Assembly (NCBI GenBank): GCA_046263195.1
Contig: JBHELG010000033.1
Location: forward strand, 4,364 to 68,363
Reading direction: 5' to 3'
DNA length: 64,000 nucleotides
Source of the DNA: Nitriliruptorales bacterium
GTDB lineage: Bacteria; Actinomycetota; Nitriliruptoria; Nitriliruptorales; JAHWKO01
In this document: positions 16,408 through 28,412 of the stretch, one piece after another
How positions within the stretch are numbered: the first letter of the stretch is position 1
Layout: each line of letters opens with the position of its first letter
Made by a program: the position numbers and the translations under genes
Notes under the pieces: model-generated
What the model was told of the DNA's origin: nothing
The model's database searches: none
What the model saw: only the letters and a program-made list of their open reading frames with translations

Positions 16408-19400
16408 GCAGCGCCAAGGTCGAGCGTCCGATGATCCTGTTCCTCACCACGGCCGACACCGAAGTGCTTGCGGCTGCGGAAGCCGGGGAACGCCTACCAG
16501 CCGGCTTCCCGCACGTACGCCCAGTCAACCCTGTCGACGCCCCGGATGACTCCGGGGAGCTCAGTCGCTGGCTCGACGAGGTTCTGAAGGGAGTGGTGGT
16601 CGTACTCGTCCGCCTTCTCGGCGGACGTCGTGCCTGGCCGGCAGGTTTCGACCTCGTCCGTGAGCTCTGCCAGGCACGAAACCTGCCGCTCCTGGCCTTC
16701 GGGGGAGAGGACGTGGTGGATGCTGAGCTCACCGCGGCCTCGACCGTCCCCTCCGGCGTCATCAGGCACGGTTTCGAGTACCTGCGTCACGGCGGTGTAG
16801 AAAACACCGTCGAACTGCTGCGCTTCGTGGCAGACACCGTGCTGTTCGGGGGGTTCGGGTTCGGGCCACCCACGGAGATACCGCGCTGCGGCTGGTACCG
16901 ACCCGAGCTCAAGGACCGCTTGGACCGGGAAAAGCCGACCATCGGCGTGATCTTCTACCGGGCTCACTTCGTGGCCGGCAACATGGGCTTCATCGATGCC
17001 CTGCTCGAAGCCATCGAGGCCTCGGGGGCCAACCCTCTCGCCGTGTACGCCTATTCGCTCCGGCCGGAGGCCGACGGGCGTGTCCCGGCACTAGAGCTCC
17101 TCGCTGACGGGTGGGAGGGCGGTCGCAAGACCGCCGATGGGACATTTCAGGTCGACGCCCTCGTGCTCACGGTGCTGGCGATGGGCGGGTCGAATGCAGC
17201 TGATGCGGAGAGCTGGGAGGTACCGGCGCTGCAGGCGCTCGACGTCCCGGTGGTGCAAGCCCTGTGTGCCACGAGCAGCCGCGAACGCTGGGCCGCCTCC
17301 GACGCGGGCCTGTCGCCACTCGACGTTGCGATGCAGGTCGCGATGCCGGAGTTCGATGGACGCATCGTCACGGTTCCCTGCTCGTTCAAGGAGGAGGTCA
17401 CCACCGCTCACACCTCGGTGTACCGCTACGTCCCCGACCCGGAACGTGCCGCACGGGTGGCCGGCACCGTCGTCCGCCACGCCCTGCTGCGCAGGACTGC
17501 GAACGCGGACAAGAAAGTCGCCATCCTCCTGTCGAACTATCCGACCCGCCACAGCCGGGTCGGCAACGCGGTCGGGCTCGACACCCCCGCCTCGGCCATC
17601 GTCCTGCTCGAGTCTCTACGCGAGGCGGGGTTTCGGGTGGAGGGAGTCCCTCCCGATGGGGACTCGCTCGTTCACGCGCTCATCGCGTCGGGAGGCCACG
17701 ACCAAGAATTCCTCACCGAAGCTCAGCTCGCGGGGGCCAGCGGCCGTCTCGAGGCCGAACGCTACGCAGCCTGGTTCCAGCGCCTGCCCGTCAGTCTCCG
17801 GGAGGCCGTGGAGCGCCACTGGGGGCCACCACCCGGCGAGCTCTACCTCAGCCCAGACCGACGGGCCTTCGTCGTGTCGGGTCTCGTGTTCGGCCACGTG
17901 TTCGTCGGCATCCAGCCGCCCCGGGGCTTCGGCGAGAACCCGATCGCCATCTACCACGACCCCCATCTGCCGCCCACCCACCACTATCTGGCTGCCTACT
18001 GCTGGCTGAGGGAGGAGTTCGGCGCCCACGCCGTCGTACACCTCGGAAAGCATGGGACGCTCGAGTGGCTACCAGGTAAGGGACTTGGCCTCTCGGCGGG
18101 GTGCGCCCCGGACGCTGCCCTCGGAGACCTTCCCCTCTTCTACCCCTTCGTCGTCAACGATCCAGGCGAGGGGACCCAGGCGAAGCGCCGCGCCCACGCC
18201 ACCATCGTCGACCACCTCGTAGCGCCGATGATGCGCGCCGAGACCTATGACGACCTCGCGCGCCTGGAACAGCTGCTCGACGAGCACGCCCAGGTCGAGA
18301 GCCTCGACCCCTCGAAGCTACCGGCCATACGAGCCCAGATCTGGGAGGTGCTCACCCGGGCCGAGCTCCACCGCGACCTCAGCCTGAGCGAGCCGCCCGA
18401 GGACTTCGGTGAACTCGTCCTCCAGGTGGACGGCTACCTGTGCGAGATCAAAGACCTCCAGGTCCGCGATGGCCTTCACGTGCTCGGGGTTCCCCCGGAG
18501 GGTGAGCAGCTGCGCGGTCTCGCCAAAGCGATCCTCCGCCTGCCGCAGCGTGCCGGCCTCCCTGGGCTGCGATCAGCGGTCGGGCAGGTGTTCGGGCTCG
18601 ATGAGCGTTGGCTGCTGGAGGAGCCTGGGCAGCCGTCAGCCGCACCGCCGGCCCTGCTTGCCATCGCACCCGGGGCCGCGCGGACCCGCGCTGACCTGCT
18701 CGATCGCCTCGAGGAGCTCGTGGACCGGCTACTCGAGGCCCTCGACGCGAAGGGCTGGGACGCCAGCGCCGCCGAGGCCGTCGTCCAGGACGTCCTGCTT
18801 GACCCGCCCCGCCCGGCCCCCGCCGAGCATGGGCCGGGTGGGGGCAGGAGCAGTCCCGTCATAGAGGTGTTGCGGCTCGCCTGCGCTGAGGTGGTCCCAC
18901 GCCTGCGGGCATCCAGCCGTGAGGTCGAGGCGCTCCTGGCCGGCCTCGATGGGCGTTTCGTGCCGCCAGGACCATCCGGGTCACCGACCCGGGGACGCCT
19001 CGACGTCCTACCGACCGGCAAGAACTTCTACTCCGTCGACCCCAAGGGGCTCCCCTCGCGGCTCGCATGGGAGGTCGGCCAGCGCATGGCCTGCGACCTT
19101 CTGGCCCGCTACCAGAGGGACGAGGGTGCCCTGCCCGAATCGATCGGCATCGTCGTGTGGGGGACGGCGAACATGCGCACGAACGGGGACGACATCGCGG
19201 AGGTTCTCGCCCTGCTCGGGGTACGTCCCCTTTGGAGTGACGAGTCACGACGGGTGATCGGACTCGAGGTCACGCCCCTCGAAGAGCTCGGCCGTCCCCG
19301 GGTCGACGTGACGGTCCGCATCAGCGGCTTCTTCCGGGACGCCTTCCCCCACCTCGTCGAGCTCGTCGACCGGGCCGTGGAGATGGTCGCCTCGCTCGAC

Positions 19401-20225
19401 GAGCCCGACGAGTGGAACTTCGTCGCCAAGCATGCTCGCACCGACCAGGCCCGTCACCGGAGCAGTGGCGTTGCCGAGGACATCGCCTGGCGGCGGGCAA
19501 CGACACGCATCTTCGGCTCGAAGCCGGGCGCCTACGGGGCGGGTCTCCTGCCGCTGCTCGACGCACGCAACTGGCGCAGCGACGACGACCTGGCCGAGGT
19601 CTACGCCGTGTGGGGCGGTTACGCCTACGGGCGTGACCTGGACGGCGTCCAGGCCCGCGAGGAGATGGAGACGAACTTCCGGCGCATGGCCGTGGCGGTG
19701 AAGAATCAGGACACCCGCGAGCACGACCTCTTCGATTCGGACGACTACTTCCAGTACCACGGCGGAATGGTCGCCGCGGTCCGAGCCTTGACCGGAGCCA
19801 ACCCAAAGGCCTATGTCGGGGACTCTGCCGACCCTTCCCGCCTCCACACCCGATCCCTTCAGGAGGAGACTCACCGGGTCTTCCGTGCGCGAGTCGTGAA
19901 CCCGCGCTGGATCGCGTCGATGCGCCGCCATGGGTACAAGGGGGCTTTCGAGCTGTCCGCCACGGTCGACTATCTCTTCGGTTACGACGCCACCGCGGGC
20001 GTCGTCGACGACTGGATGTACGAAGCCCTCGCATCCCGCTACGTGTTCGACCCCGAGACCCGAGCCTTCCTCGAGCGGTCGAACCCCTGGGCGCTGAAGG
20101 CCATGGTGGAGCGCCTGCTCGAGGCGGCCGAGCGCGGATTGTGGGCCGAACCGGGCGACGGAACGCTGGATGCCCTCCGTGCCGCCTACCTCGACGTGGA
20201 CGGCGAGCTGGAGGGAAGGACGTGA
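16404..20225 (+). CDS. cobN: cobaltochelatase large subunit CobN
   Basis: ORF track 1273 aa, ATGA overlap with cobQ. CobN/Mg-chelatase H-family length and motifs ('[14 protein letters not shown]', 'DNPRWI'-like '[19 protein letters not shown]'). Confidence 0.95.
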   Translation: MSSAKVERPMILFLTTADTEVLAAAEAGERLPAGFPHVRPVNPVDAPDDSGELSRWLDEVLKGVVVVLVRLLGGRRAWPAGFDLVRELCQARNLPLLAFGGEDVVDAELTAASTVPSGVIRHGFEYLRHGGVENTVELLRFVADTVLFGGFGFGPPTEIPRCGWYRPELKDRLDREKPTIGVIFYRAHFVAGNMGFIDALLEAIEASGANPLAVYAYSLRPEADGRVPALELLADGWEGGRKTADGTFQVDALVLTVLAMGGSNAADAESWEVPALQALDVPVVQALCATSSRERWAASDAGLSPLDVAMQVAMPEFDGRIVTVPCSFKEEVTTAHTSVYRYVPDPERAARVAGTVVRHALLRRTANADKKVAILLSNYPTRHSRVGNAVGLDTPASAIVLLESLREAGFRVEGVPPDGDSLVHALIASGGHDQEFLTEAQLAGASGRLEAERYAAWFQRLPVSLREAVERHWGPPPGELYLSPDRRAFVVSGLVFGHVFVGIQPPRGFGENPIAIYHDPHLPPTHHYLAAYCWLREEFGAHAVVHLGKHGTLEWLPGKGLGLSAGCAPDAALGDLPLFYPFVVNDPGEGTQAKRRAHATIVDHLVAPMMRAETYDDLARLEQLLDEHAQVESLDPSKLPAIRAQIWEVLTRAELHRDLSLSEPPEDFGELVLQVDGYLCEIKDLQVRDGLHVLGVPPEGEQLRGLAKAILRLPQRAGLPGLRSAVGQVFGLDERWLLEEPGQPSAAPPALLAIAPGAARTRADLLDRLEELVDRLLEALDAKGWDASAAEAVVQDVLLDPPRPAPAEHGPGGGRSSPVIEVLRLACAEVVPRLRASSREVEALLAGLDGRFVPPGPSGSPTRGRLDVLPTGKNFYSVDPKGLPSRLAWEVGQRMACDLLARYQRDEGALPESIGIVVWGTANMRTNGDDIAEVLALLGVRPLWSDESRRVIGLEVTPLEELGRPRVDVTVRISGFFRDAFPHLVELVDRAVEMVASLDEPDEWNFVAKHARTDQARHRSSGVAEDIAWRRATTRIFGSKPGAYGAGLLPLLDARNWRSDDDLAEVYAVWGGYAYGRDLDGVQAREEMETNFRRMAVAVKNQDTREHDLFDSDDYFQYHGGMVAAVRALTGANPKAYVGDSADPSRLHTRSLQEETHRVFRARVVNPRWIASMRRHGYKGAFELSATVDYLFGYDATAGVVDDWMYEALASRYVFDPETRAFLERSNPWALKAMVERLLEAAERGLWAEPGDGTLDALRAAYLDVDGELEGRT

Positions 20226-20232
20226 GGGTCAC

Positions 20233-22173
20233 GTGAGCGTTCCCTACCCGTTCCCTGCGATCGTGGCGCAGGAGCAGCTGAAGCTCGCTCTCCTCCTGAA
20301 CGCCGTGGATCCCACCATCGGCGGGGTACTCGTACGCGGCGAGAAGGGCACGGCGAAGTCGACCGCCGTACGGGCCCTTGCTGCCCTCCTGCCTGAGCTC
20401 ACGATGGTCGTCGACTGTCCCTTCATCTGCGACCCCGCCGCGCCCAACCCGACCTGCCCAGCCGGCCCTCACAACGGCACCGAGGGCGTCCGGCGCCCGA
20501 CCCGGCTCGTCGAGCTACCGGTCGGGGCCACCGAGGACCGCGTGTCCGGCTCCATCGACATCGAACGCGCCCTGACGGAAGGAGCGCGCGCATTCGAGCC
20601 TGGCCTACTCGCCGCCGCCCACCGCGGGATCCTCTACGTCGACGAGGTGAACCTCCTTGCCGACCACCTCGTCGACCTCCTCCTCGACGCCGCCGCGATG
20701 GGCACGAACCATGTGGAGCGAGAAGGCATTTCTGTGCGCCACCCGGCGCGTTTTCTTCTCGTCGGCACGATGAATCCCGAGGAGGGCGAACTTCGGCCGC
20801 AGCTGCTCGACCGCTTCGGTCTCACCGTGGAGATCACGGCGCCGCGTGACCCCGTCCTGCGGAGCGAGGTCGTCCGTCGCCGTCTGGCCTATGAAGCCGA
20901 TCCCCTGCGCTTCGCCTTCCGCTTCGTGGCGGAGGAGACCCGGCTCGCAGAGGGGATCCTCGCGGCCCGTGGGCTGCTGGACCGGGTCGAACTGCCGGAG
21001 AGGGAGCTCGACCGCATAGTCGCCGTCTGTTCCGCCTTCGAGGTGGACGGACTGCGTGCCGACATCATCATGGCCAAGGCCGCTCGTGCCCTGGCCGCCT
21101 GGGAGGGTCGAAGGACGGTCGAGCGGGACGACGTCCGCCGGACTGCGCTCCTGACCCTGCCTCACCGTCGCCGCCGCCAGCCCTTCGAGTCCCCAGGGAT
21201 GGACGAGGACATGCTCGAGCGCGTCCTCGGTGACGATGACAGGCCCCAGCCACCCCCCCGCGGTTCCACCTCCGCCGACGAGCCCACGCAAGGCTCCGGG
21301 CGAGGCGAGGCGCACGCTGCTCCCCCGCCGACAGAGCATGCGAAGGCGGAGGCACCGGAACGTCTGCTCGACGCAGGGGAGGTGTTCCGCCCGGCCGTCC
21401 TCACCGTGCCCGGTGTCGGTGCCGGGGCCTATGGCCGGCGCAGCCCCAGCGAATCGAGCCTCGGCCGCGAGGTAGGCGTGGGAGATCCCAGCGGCGGCAG
21501 ACTCGCTCTGGCCGCGACCGTGAGGGTCGCTGCCCCGCACCAAGCGGTCCGAGGCCGCATCCCAGGCGAACCTCTCCAGCTCCGACCAGAGGACCTGCGC
21601 GGCCGGATCCGTCAGGGACGAGAAGGCAATCTCATCGTCTTCGTCCTCGATGCCTCAGGCTCCATGGGAGCGCAAAGCCGCATGACCGCGGTGAAGGGTG
21701 CCGTCCGGTCGCTGCTGCTGGACGCCTACCAACGGCGCGACAAGGTCTCCCTCGTCGCCTTCCGCGGTGACGGTGCCGAGCTTGTCCTGCCACCCACATC
21801 CTCGGTGGAACTCGCCGACCGGCGTCTCCTCGGACTGCGCACCGGGGGGCGTACACCTCTTGCCGCCGGGCTCGTCCGGGCCCATGAGCTCCTCGCCGCC
21901 GAGTCGGTCCGCGAACCACAACGCCGTCCCCTGCTCGTCCTGCTCACCGACGGCCGTGCCAACTCGAGCGGGGGACTGGAAGCGGCGCAGCGGACCGCCG
22001 CGGCTCTCGCGCGGCGCCGAGTCGCAGCCGCAGTCGTCGACACGGAGGAGGGCTATGTTCGCCTCGGGCTCGCCGCCGCAGTGGCCCGCCAGCTTCGTGC
22101 CCCCTGCCTACGACTCGAGGAGCTCGCCGCCGCTCATCTTGCCGACGCCGTCCGCAGCCTGAGCGCGGCGTAG
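20233..22173 (+). CDS. ChlI/ChlD-type fused chelatase ATPase (AAA+ N-terminus, vWA C-terminus), presumed CobN partner
   Basis: Inside ORF 20170..22173. GTG at 20233 ('[22 protein letters not shown]'). Walker A 'GEKGTAKST', Walker B '[10 protein letters not shown]', and C-terminal MIDAS '[10 protein letters not shown]'. Confidence 0.85.
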   Translation: MSVPYPFPAIVAQEQLKLALLLNAVDPTIGGVLVRGEKGTAKSTAVRALAALLPELTMVVDCPFICDPAAPNPTCPAGPHNGTEGVRRPTRLVELPVGATEDRVSGSIDIERALTEGARAFEPGLLAAAHRGILYVDEVNLLADHLVDLLLDAAAMGTNHVEREGISVRHPARFLLVGTMNPEEGELRPQLLDRFGLTVEITAPRDPVLRSEVVRRRLAYEADPLRFAFRFVAEETRLAEGILAARGLLDRVELPERELDRIVAVCSAFEVDGLRADIIMAKAARALAAWEGRRTVERDDVRRTALLTLPHRRRRQPFESPGMDEDMLERVLGDDDRPQPPPRGSTSADEPTQGSGRGEAHAAPPPTEHAKAEAPERLLDAGEVFRPAVLTVPGVGAGAYGRRSPSESSLGREVGVGDPSGGRLALAATVRVAAPHQAVRGRIPGEPLQLRPEDLRGRIRQGREGNLIVFVLDASGSMGAQSRMTAVKGAVRSLLLDAYQRRDKVSLVAFRGDGAELVLPPTSSVELADRRLLGLRTGGRTPLAAGLVRAHELLAAESVREPQRRPLLVLLTDGRANSSGGLEAAQRTAAALARRRVAAAVVDTEEGYVRLGLAAAVARQLRAPCLRLEELAAAHLADAVRSLSAA

Positions 22174-22192
22174 AGGCGTGCGAGGAGGGGGC

Positions 22193-22792
22193 ATGGAAAG
22201 GACGGTCCAGCCAGAGAGCGCTCCCGCGGGACAGGCAGACAGAGCTCCTCAAGAGCGTCGCCGTCGCAGACGTGAGCGTCCGCTGCTCGTCGTCCACACC
22301 GGTCAAGGCAAAGGCAAGTCCACGGCCGCGTTCGGACTCATGCTCCGGGCCTGGAACCAGGGCTGGCGCATCGGCGTGTTCCAGTTCATCAAGTCCGGAA
22401 AGTGGAAGGTCGGGGAGGAGGCCGCGGCTCGAGCCCTCGGCAACATCGACTGGTTCAAGATGGGTGACGGCTGGACATGGACCTCGCGTGACCTCGAGGA
22501 CTCCGCGGAACTTGCCCGCGAAGGCTGGGAGGAGGTCAAGCGCTGCCTGATCGACCAGCGCTATGAGTTCCTCCTCCTCGACGAGTTCACCTACCCCATG
22601 AAGTTCGGCTGGGTGGCCACCCCCGACGTCGTCACGGCTCTCGTGACCAGGCCGGGGTTCCAACACGTCGTCATCACCGGTCGCGACGCCCCGACCGAGC
22701 TCGTAGACGCAGCGGATCTCGTTACCGAGATGCGCAAGATCCGCCACCCCTTCGACCACGGTCACCGCGGCCAGAAGGGCATCGAGTGGTAG
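22193..22792 (+). CDS. cobO: cob(I)yrinic acid a,c-diamide adenosyltransferase
   Basis: Inside ORF 22178..22792. The ATG at 22193 is preceded by GAGGAGGGGG. 'VHTGQGKGKSTAAFGL' and 'LLLDEFTYP' are present. Confidence 0.9.
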   Translation: MERTVQPESAPAGQADRAPQERRRRRRERPLLVVHTGQGKGKSTAAFGLMLRAWNQGWRIGVFQFIKSGKWKVGEEAAARALGNIDWFKMGDGWTWTSRDLEDSAELAREGWEEVKRCLIDQRYEFLLLDEFTYPMKFGWVATPDVVTALVTRPGFQHVVITGRDAPTELVDAADLVTEMRKIRHPFDHGHRGQKGIEW

Positions 22793-24171
22793 CACGCCTC
22801 GTCGTGGCCGGCACTCGCTCGGGTGTGGGCAAGACAACCGTCGCGGTGGGGCTCATGGCCGCCCTGCGCGCGCGTGGTCTGATGGTGTCCGGGCACAAGA
22901 TCGGCCCCGACTTCATCGACCCGAGCTACCACGCCCTCGCCAGCGGTCGTCCGCCCCGCAACCTGGACGCGTTCCTCGTCGGTTCGGACCTCATCGGGCC
23001 CCTCTTCGCACACGGCGCGGAAGGCGCTGACGTCGCCATCATCGAAGGTGTCATGGGCCTGTTCGATGGGCGGGCCGGCGGCGACGAGGCCTCCACGGCC
23101 CACGTCTCCCGCCTCCTCGCCGCACCCGTGCTGCTCGTGGTCGATGCGGCCGCCGTTTCCCGTTCGGTAGCCGCAGAAGTGCTTGGCTTTGTCACCTTCG
23201 ACCGGAGTGTGCGCGTCGCCGGGGTCGTGCTGAACCGCGTCGGATCCGACGGGCACGAGCGGCTGCTGCGTGAAGCGCTGGCGCCCCTCGGACTGCCGGT
23301 CGTCGGAGCACTGCGACGCGACGATCGCCTCGCCACCCCCTCCCGACACCTCGGGCTCATTCCGAGCTCAGAACGCGAATCAGAGGCTCGGGCCACGGTC
23401 TCAGCGGCTGGGGCAGCGGTCCTCGAGCGGGTCGACCTCGACGCTGTGCTTCCTCTCGCCCGCTCGGCTCCGTCGTTCGACGTCGAACCGTGGTCACCAC
23501 AACGTGCGCTCGGGCTGACCGAGCCGGCCCGACCAGCCGCGCTCGTAGCCGTCGCCGGCGGTCCTGCCTTCACCTTCGTCTACACCGAGCACCGGGAACT
23601 GCTTGCCGCCGCCGGTGCCGACCTCGTCACCGTCGATCCCACCTGCGACGAATCCTTGCCACAGGGCACGGCCGCGCTCTACCTCGGCGGCGGCTTCCCC
23701 GAGGAGCACACAGCCGAGCTCGCGGGAAACGCCGCCATGCGAGCGGCTGTCACCGCCTTCCGCGGCCCCATCGTGGCCGAGTGCGGCGGGCTGCTCTACC
23801 TGTGCCGGCGTCTGTCCGGCGAGCCCATGTGCGGAATCGTCGCGGCCGACGCCACCTGGGGGCGTCAGCTCGTGCTCGCATACCGGGAAGCGAGGACGGC
23901 CTCTCCTTCGCCTCTCGGTCCGACCGGCACGCCGGCCCGCGCTCACGAGTTCCACCGTACGACGTTGACGCCGCGGGCCGGCCCGGGAAGGACCGTAGGC
24001 CCGGGCGGGCGGATCGGTGTGCGTCCGGCGTGGCGTCTGGAGGACGGCAGCGTGGAAGGGTTCGCGGACCGGCGTCTGCACGCGAGCTACCTCCATCCCC
24101 ACTGGGCGGCGGCCCCGCGCCTGGCTGGGGCCCTCGTGACAGCCGCCACATCCGGCGTGGTGGCGACGTGA
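22786..24171 (+). CDS. cobB: cobyrinic acid a,c-diamide synthase CobB/CbiA
   Basis: ORF track 461 aa. The GTG overlaps the cobO end by 7 nt. 'GTRSGVGKTTVAVGL', 'GPDFIDPSYH', and the amidotransferase Cys 'AECGGLLYL'. Confidence 0.9.
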   Translation: MVARLVVAGTRSGVGKTTVAVGLMAALRARGLMVSGHKIGPDFIDPSYHALASGRPPRNLDAFLVGSDLIGPLFAHGAEGADVAIIEGVMGLFDGRAGGDEASTAHVSRLLAAPVLLVVDAAAVSRSVAAEVLGFVTFDRSVRVAGVVLNRVGSDGHERLLREALAPLGLPVVGALRRDDRLATPSRHLGLIPSSERESEARATVSAAGAAVLERVDLDAVLPLARSAPSFDVEPWSPQRALGLTEPARPAALVAVAGGPAFTFVYTEHRELLAAAGADLVTVDPTCDESLPQGTAALYLGGGFPEEHTAELAGNAAMRAAVTAFRGPIVAECGGLLYLCRRLSGEPMCGIVAADATWGRQLVLAYREARTASPSPLGPTGTPARAHEFHRTTLTPRAGPGRTVGPGGRIGVRPAWRLEDGSVEGFADRRLHASYLHPHWAAAPRLAGALVTAATSGVVAT

Positions 24172-24899
24172 GCGGGAGACTCGTCGGCGTCGGCGTCGGG
24201 CCTGGCGACCCTGCCCTTCTCACCATCAAGGGCCGGGAGGTGCTGCTCCGAGCGGACGTCGTGTTCGTTCCCGTCGCAAGGGAGAGCGGGCCACGTGATG
24301 ACGGCGAGCTCGGCTATGCAGAGCGGGTCGTGCTCGCCCACGTGTCCAAGCCACCGCGGCGGCTCGCCTTCGACCTCGACCCGTCGCAGCGGGAGGCGGT
24401 CTGGAGCGAGGCCGGGAAAGAGGTCGCCGCAGTCGTAGCTGGCGGAGGCACGGCAGCATTTGCCACCATCGGAGACCCCAACGTCTACTCGACGTTCTCT
24501 CGCATCACACGCGTGGTACGAACCCTCGTACCCGGCACGACCATCGAGACCGTGCCAGGCATCACGGCGATGCAGGACCTCGCGTCCCGCTCCGGGACCA
24601 TCCTCGTGGAAGGCGACGAGCGATTGGCGCTGCTGCCGTTCACGTCCGGGGAGAACGCCCTGCGGGAGGCGCTCGACCGCTTCGACACGGTCGTCTGCTA
24701 CAAGGGAGGTCGCCGGCTGCCGGACGTCGTCCGGGTGGTCCAAGAAGCCGGCCGTGCCGACGAGCTCGTCTACGGCGCACGTCTCGGCCTGGCGGGGGAG
24801 GAGATCCGCCGCTTCCCCATGGCCGACCCTGCGGGGGAAACCCCCGCACCCCCTGGGGCCGGCCCCTATCTGTCGACCATCATCGTCACCCGCTCGTGA
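24168..24899 (+). CDS. cobI: precorrin-2 / cobalt-factor-II C20-methyltransferase CobI/CbiL
   Basis: 3' 243 codons of ORF 23490..24899. GTGA overlap with cobB. 'LVGVGVGPGDPALLTIKG' and 'ATIGDPNVYSTF' are present. Confidence 0.85.
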   Translation: MSGRLVGVGVGPGDPALLTIKGREVLLRADVVFVPVARESGPRDDGELGYAERVVLAHVSKPPRRLAFDLDPSQREAVWSEAGKEVAAVVAGGGTAAFATIGDPNVYSTFSRITRVVRTLVPGTTIETVPGITAMQDLASRSGTILVEGDERLALLPFTSGENALREALDRFDTVVCYKGGRRLPDVVRVVQEAGRADELVYGARLGLAGEEIRRFPMADPAGETPAPPGAGPYLSTIIVTRS

Positions 24900-26488
24900 C
24901 TCCCTTCCAAGGCCTCGGAGGACCGCCGGCGGTGAGGGGCACCGTCTACGTCGTCGGCGGCGGGCCGGGCGATCCCGGACTCATCACGCTGCGGGCCGCC
25001 GTGCTCCTGACCACCTGCGACGTCGTGGCCTACGACCGACTGGCCCCACCGGACGCTCTGCGTCTCATCCCCGAGGACGCCGAGCAACTGTGCGTCGGTA
25101 AGCGCTCCGGCGAGGCCGGTGCGAGCCGTGACGATGTCCACGATCTGCTCGTAGCACGCGCGAGGTCAGGCAAGGCGGTGGTGCGCCTGAAGGGCGGCGA
25201 CCCGTTCATCTTCGGACGGGGCGGTGAGGAAGTGGCGGCCTGCCGTGCCGCCGGAGTGCCGGTCGAGGTCGTGTCCGGAGTGAGCGCGGCGGTGGCCGTG
25301 CCCGCCGCGGCCGGCATCCCCCTCACCCACCGGGCCGTCGCCTCTGGCTTCGCGGTCGTCACCGGACACGAGGACCCCGGCAAGAACGGAGGGCATCTCG
25401 ACTGGGACGCGCTCGCCGGCTTCCCCGGCACGCTCGTGTTCCTCATGCCCCTCGAGAACATCGGGCGGATCGCTGACCGGCTCATCGCCAGTGGTCGCCA
25501 GCCCGACACACCCGTCGCGCTCGTGTGTCGGGGGACGACCTCACATCAGGAGACCGTGGCAGGAACGCTCGCGACCATCCGCGGGCAGGTGAAGCACCTC
25601 CAGCTCGTCCCACCCGCCGTCGCGATCGTCGGCGACGTCGTCCGCCTCCGTGCTGCCGTCGCGTGGAGGGAGCGCCTGCCGCTCCTGGGCATCACCGTGC
25701 TCATCCTGCGCACGCTCGCGCGCTCGTCCGCGCTGGCCGCCCAGATACGCGCACTGGGGGGCGAAGCGCTCGAGGCGCACGTCATGCACACGCGCCCCGG
25801 GGACGTCGCCCTTCTCGCCTCGTCCCTGGCTGGCCCGTCCCAGGTCCAGGCGCTCGTCGTCTCCTCCCCGCCGGCGGTCGACGCACTCGCTGACGCCCTC
25901 GCCGCCGTCGGTCGCGACGCTCGAGCTCTGGCCGGCGTCCGCCTCCTCGCAGTGGGATCGGGGGCGGCCCGCGCTGTGCGTGCTCGTCTTGCCCTCCGTC
26001 CCGACGACTCCGCCCCCACCCTGCGCGACCTCGCGACCGCGCTCGAGCCGGGCGAGGGCACGGTACTCGTCCTCGCACAGGATGGCGGCGACGACGCCTT
26101 CACGGCCGCCGTCGCCGCCAAGGGCTACGTCCCGACCGTCGTCACCGCGTACCGCACCGAGTCCGTGGAGCGGCTGCCCGACGCGATCACCGAGCGCCTC
26201 CAACGGGGGGACATCGACTTCGTCGTGGCCGCCTCGTCGTCGAGCGCACGTCACTTCGCGGCCCTCGCAGCCGACCTGCCCTGGCGTTCCCGTGTCGTCT
26301 CCATCGGACCACGCACGAGCGCTGCGTGCCGTCAGGCCGGGCTCGACGTCCACGTCGAGGCCGCACCCCACGACTACGCGGGAATCGTCGAAGCGCTCGT
26401 CACACAGGCGGCGCTCGTGGAGGCGGGCAACGTGATGCAAGGCTCGAAAGCTTCCACGCCTCTTCCCGCCGTGGAAGAGGGACCATGA
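24896..26488 (+). CDS. cobA: uroporphyrinogen-III C-methyltransferase fused to uroporphyrinogen-III synthase (CobA-HemD)
   Basis: ORF track 530 aa, GTGA overlap. N-terminal 'VYVVGGGPGDPGLITLRA...RLKGGDPFIFGRGGEE'. The C-terminal ~260 aa are HemD-like ('VLILRTLARS...VVSIGPRTSAACRQAGL'). Confidence 0.85.
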   Translation: MTPFQGLGGPPAVRGTVYVVGGGPGDPGLITLRAAVLLTTCDVVAYDRLAPPDALRLIPEDAEQLCVGKRSGEAGASRDDVHDLLVARARSGKAVVRLKGGDPFIFGRGGEEVAACRAAGVPVEVVSGVSAAVAVPAAAGIPLTHRAVASGFAVVTGHEDPGKNGGHLDWDALAGFPGTLVFLMPLENIGRIADRLIASGRQPDTPVALVCRGTTSHQETVAGTLATIRGQVKHLQLVPPAVAIVGDVVRLRAAVAWRERLPLLGITVLILRTLARSSALAAQIRALGGEALEAHVMHTRPGDVALLASSLAGPSQVQALVVSSPPAVDALADALAAVGRDARALAGVRLLAVGSGAARAVRARLALRPDDSAPTLRDLATALEPGEGTVLVLAQDGGDDAFTAAVAAKGYVPTVVTAYRTESVERLPDAITERLQRGDIDFVVAASSSSARHFAALAADLPWRSRVVSIGPRTSAACRQAGLDVHVEAAPHDYAGIVEALVTQAALVEAGNVMQGSKASTPLPAVEEGP

Positions 26489-27255
26489 CCCGGCGCGGCA
26501 AGGTCTGGTTCGTCGGTGCCGGGCCCGGCGCGGCCGACCTCATCACGGTGCGGGGGGCTCGGGTCATCGGCCAAGCTGACGTCGTGATGTGGGCGGCGAG
26601 CCTCGTCCACCCCGACATCCTCACCTACGCCCCCCCCGAGGCAGAGGTGCTCGACTCCTCCCGCCTCACCCTCGAGCAGGTCCTCAGCCGCTACACGGAA
26701 GCCGCCGAACGGGGCGAGAGGGTCGCGCGTATCCACTCGGGTGACCCCGGCCTCTACGGAGCGATCCAAGAGCAGATCGATGCGCTCGACGGTCTCGACC
26801 TGGACTGGGAGATCGTCCCGGGCGTGTCGTCGCTGGGAGCCGCCGCCGCCGTGCTCGGTCGGGAACTGACCGTCCCCGAGGTCGCCCAGTCGGTCATCCT
26901 CACGCGTCTGGCCACCTCCACGCCCATGCCAGCCGGAGAAGACCTGCGCTCATTCGCCGGACATGGCACCACCATGGCGCTGTTCCTGTCGGCTTCGCGA
27001 CCCCGGAAGCTCCAAGACGAACTGCTGGCCGGCGGATACCCGCCCCACACCCCGTGCGCGGTGGTCTACCGCGCATCCTGGCCCGAGCAGCTCGTGTTGC
27101 GCTGTTCGCTTGGGGAGCTCGCTGCGGCCATCCGCAGCGCCCGGCTTCGGCAGCACACGCTCGTCCTCGTCGGCCCTGCGCTTGCCGGCAGCGGCACGCG
27201 CAGCCAGCTCTATTCGCCCGGCTTCAGTCACCAGTACCGGCTGGCGAAGGCATGA
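26485..27255 (+). CDS. cobM: precorrin-4 / cobalt-precorrin-4 C11-methyltransferase CobM/CbiF
   Basis: 3' 256 codons of ORF 26326..27255. ATGA overlap. 'VWFVGAGPGAADLITVRG' and 'RIHSGDPGLYGA' are present. Confidence 0.9.
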   Translation: MTRRGKVWFVGAGPGAADLITVRGARVIGQADVVMWAASLVHPDILTYAPPEAEVLDSSRLTLEQVLSRYTEAAERGERVARIHSGDPGLYGAIQEQIDALDGLDLDWEIVPGVSSLGAAAAVLGRELTVPEVAQSVILTRLATSTPMPAGEDLRSFAGHGTTMALFLSASRPRKLQDELLAGGYPPHTPCAVVYRASWPEQLVLRCSLGELAAAIRSARLRQHTLVLVGPALAGSGTRSQLYSPGFSHQYRLAKA

Positions 27256-28412
27256 CGAAGCTTCGCGAACCGGACCTGCCTCGAACGGCGAAGGTGCGCA
27301 CCGGTCCGATGCGCACCGGCTGGACCACAGGGACATGCGCCTCGGCCGCTGCGAAGGCGGCGCTGACCGCGCTCGTCAGCGGCGAACGGCAAAGCACGAT
27401 CGAGGTGGCCCTGCCTTCCGGGAGGCGCGTGAGCTTCCCCGTGCTGAGCTGCGAGCCGGCGGCACACGGCGCGTGGGAGGCGGTGGTGGTCAAAGACGCC
27501 GGCGATGATCCCGACTGCACGCACGGAGCCCACCTGACCGCCAGGGTGAGTTGGGCCGCTGACCCGGGCGTCCGCCTCGAGCGGGGTGAGGGCGTGGGGG
27601 TGGTGACGAAGCCCGGGCTCGGGCTCGAGATCGGCGCACCCGCCATCAACCCCGTCCCACGTCGCATGATCACTCACGCCCTCGGCGAGGTCGTCTCCCT
27701 CGTCCCGGGTGGGGTCGAGGTGACGATTCGTGTGCCGGGCGGGGAGCAGATGGCCAAGAAGACCACCAACCGCCGTCTCGGCATCCTCGGGGGCATCTCG
27801 GTCCTCGGGACCAGCGGAATCGTGCGACCTTTCTCGACCGCATCCTGGAGGGCCTCCGTACTGCAAGCTGTTGACGTCATGGCGGCTCAGGGCGAGGTCA
27901 CGTGCGTGCTCAGCACCGGGGGACGGACGGAGCGTGCAGCCCGTCGCCTACTGCCCGCCCTCCCGGAGATCTGCTTCGTGGAGGTGGGTGACTTCTCCGG
28001 AGCCGCCATCGAGCGGGCAGCTCGCCTGGGACTCACCCGGGTGATCTTCGTGGGTATGGCCGGGAAGCTGGCGAAGCTCGGTGCCGGCGTCATGATGACC
28101 CACTGGACGCGCTCAAAGGTCAGTGGGGGCTACCTCGGCCAGCTCACCCATCGAGCAGGGGGTGACCCTCGACTCGTCGCCGCGGTGGCGGCGTCCAACA
28201 CCGCTCGGCACGCCTACGAGCTGTGGACCCAGGCCGGCCTGGCCTCCGAGGCGGCGCAGCTGCTCTGCGGCGACGTGGCACGCAACCTGGCGCGGTGGAG
28301 CGAGAGACGGCTCGAGGTGGACGTCGTGCTCGTCGACTTCGACACGCTCGAGCCCGTCGCCATGTCCGGGGGGAGGAAGCCGGGCGGGCGGGGAACAGGT
28401 GGTGCGTGTTGA
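27252..28412 (+). CDS. cbiD: cobalt-precorrin-5B C1-methyltransferase CbiD
   Basis: 3' 386 codons of ORF 27054..28412. ATGA overlap. Hallmark 'RTGWTTGTCASAAAKAAL' and 'LGILGGISVLGTSGIVRPFS'. Confidence 0.85.
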   Translation: MTKLREPDLPRTAKVRTGPMRTGWTTGTCASAAAKAALTALVSGERQSTIEVALPSGRRVSFPVLSCEPAAHGAWEAVVVKDAGDDPDCTHGAHLTARVSWAADPGVRLERGEGVGVVTKPGLGLEIGAPAINPVPRRMITHALGEVVSLVPGGVEVTIRVPGGEQMAKKTTNRRLGILGGISVLGTSGIVRPFSTASWRASVLQAVDVMAAQGEVTCVLSTGGRTERAARRLLPALPEICFVEVGDFSGAAIERAARLGLTRVIFVGMAGKLAKLGAGVMMTHWTRSKVSGGYLGQLTHRAGGDPRLVAAVAASNTARHAYELWTQAGLASEAAQLLCGDVARNLARWSERRLEVDVVLVDFDTLEPVAMSGGRKPGGRGTGGAC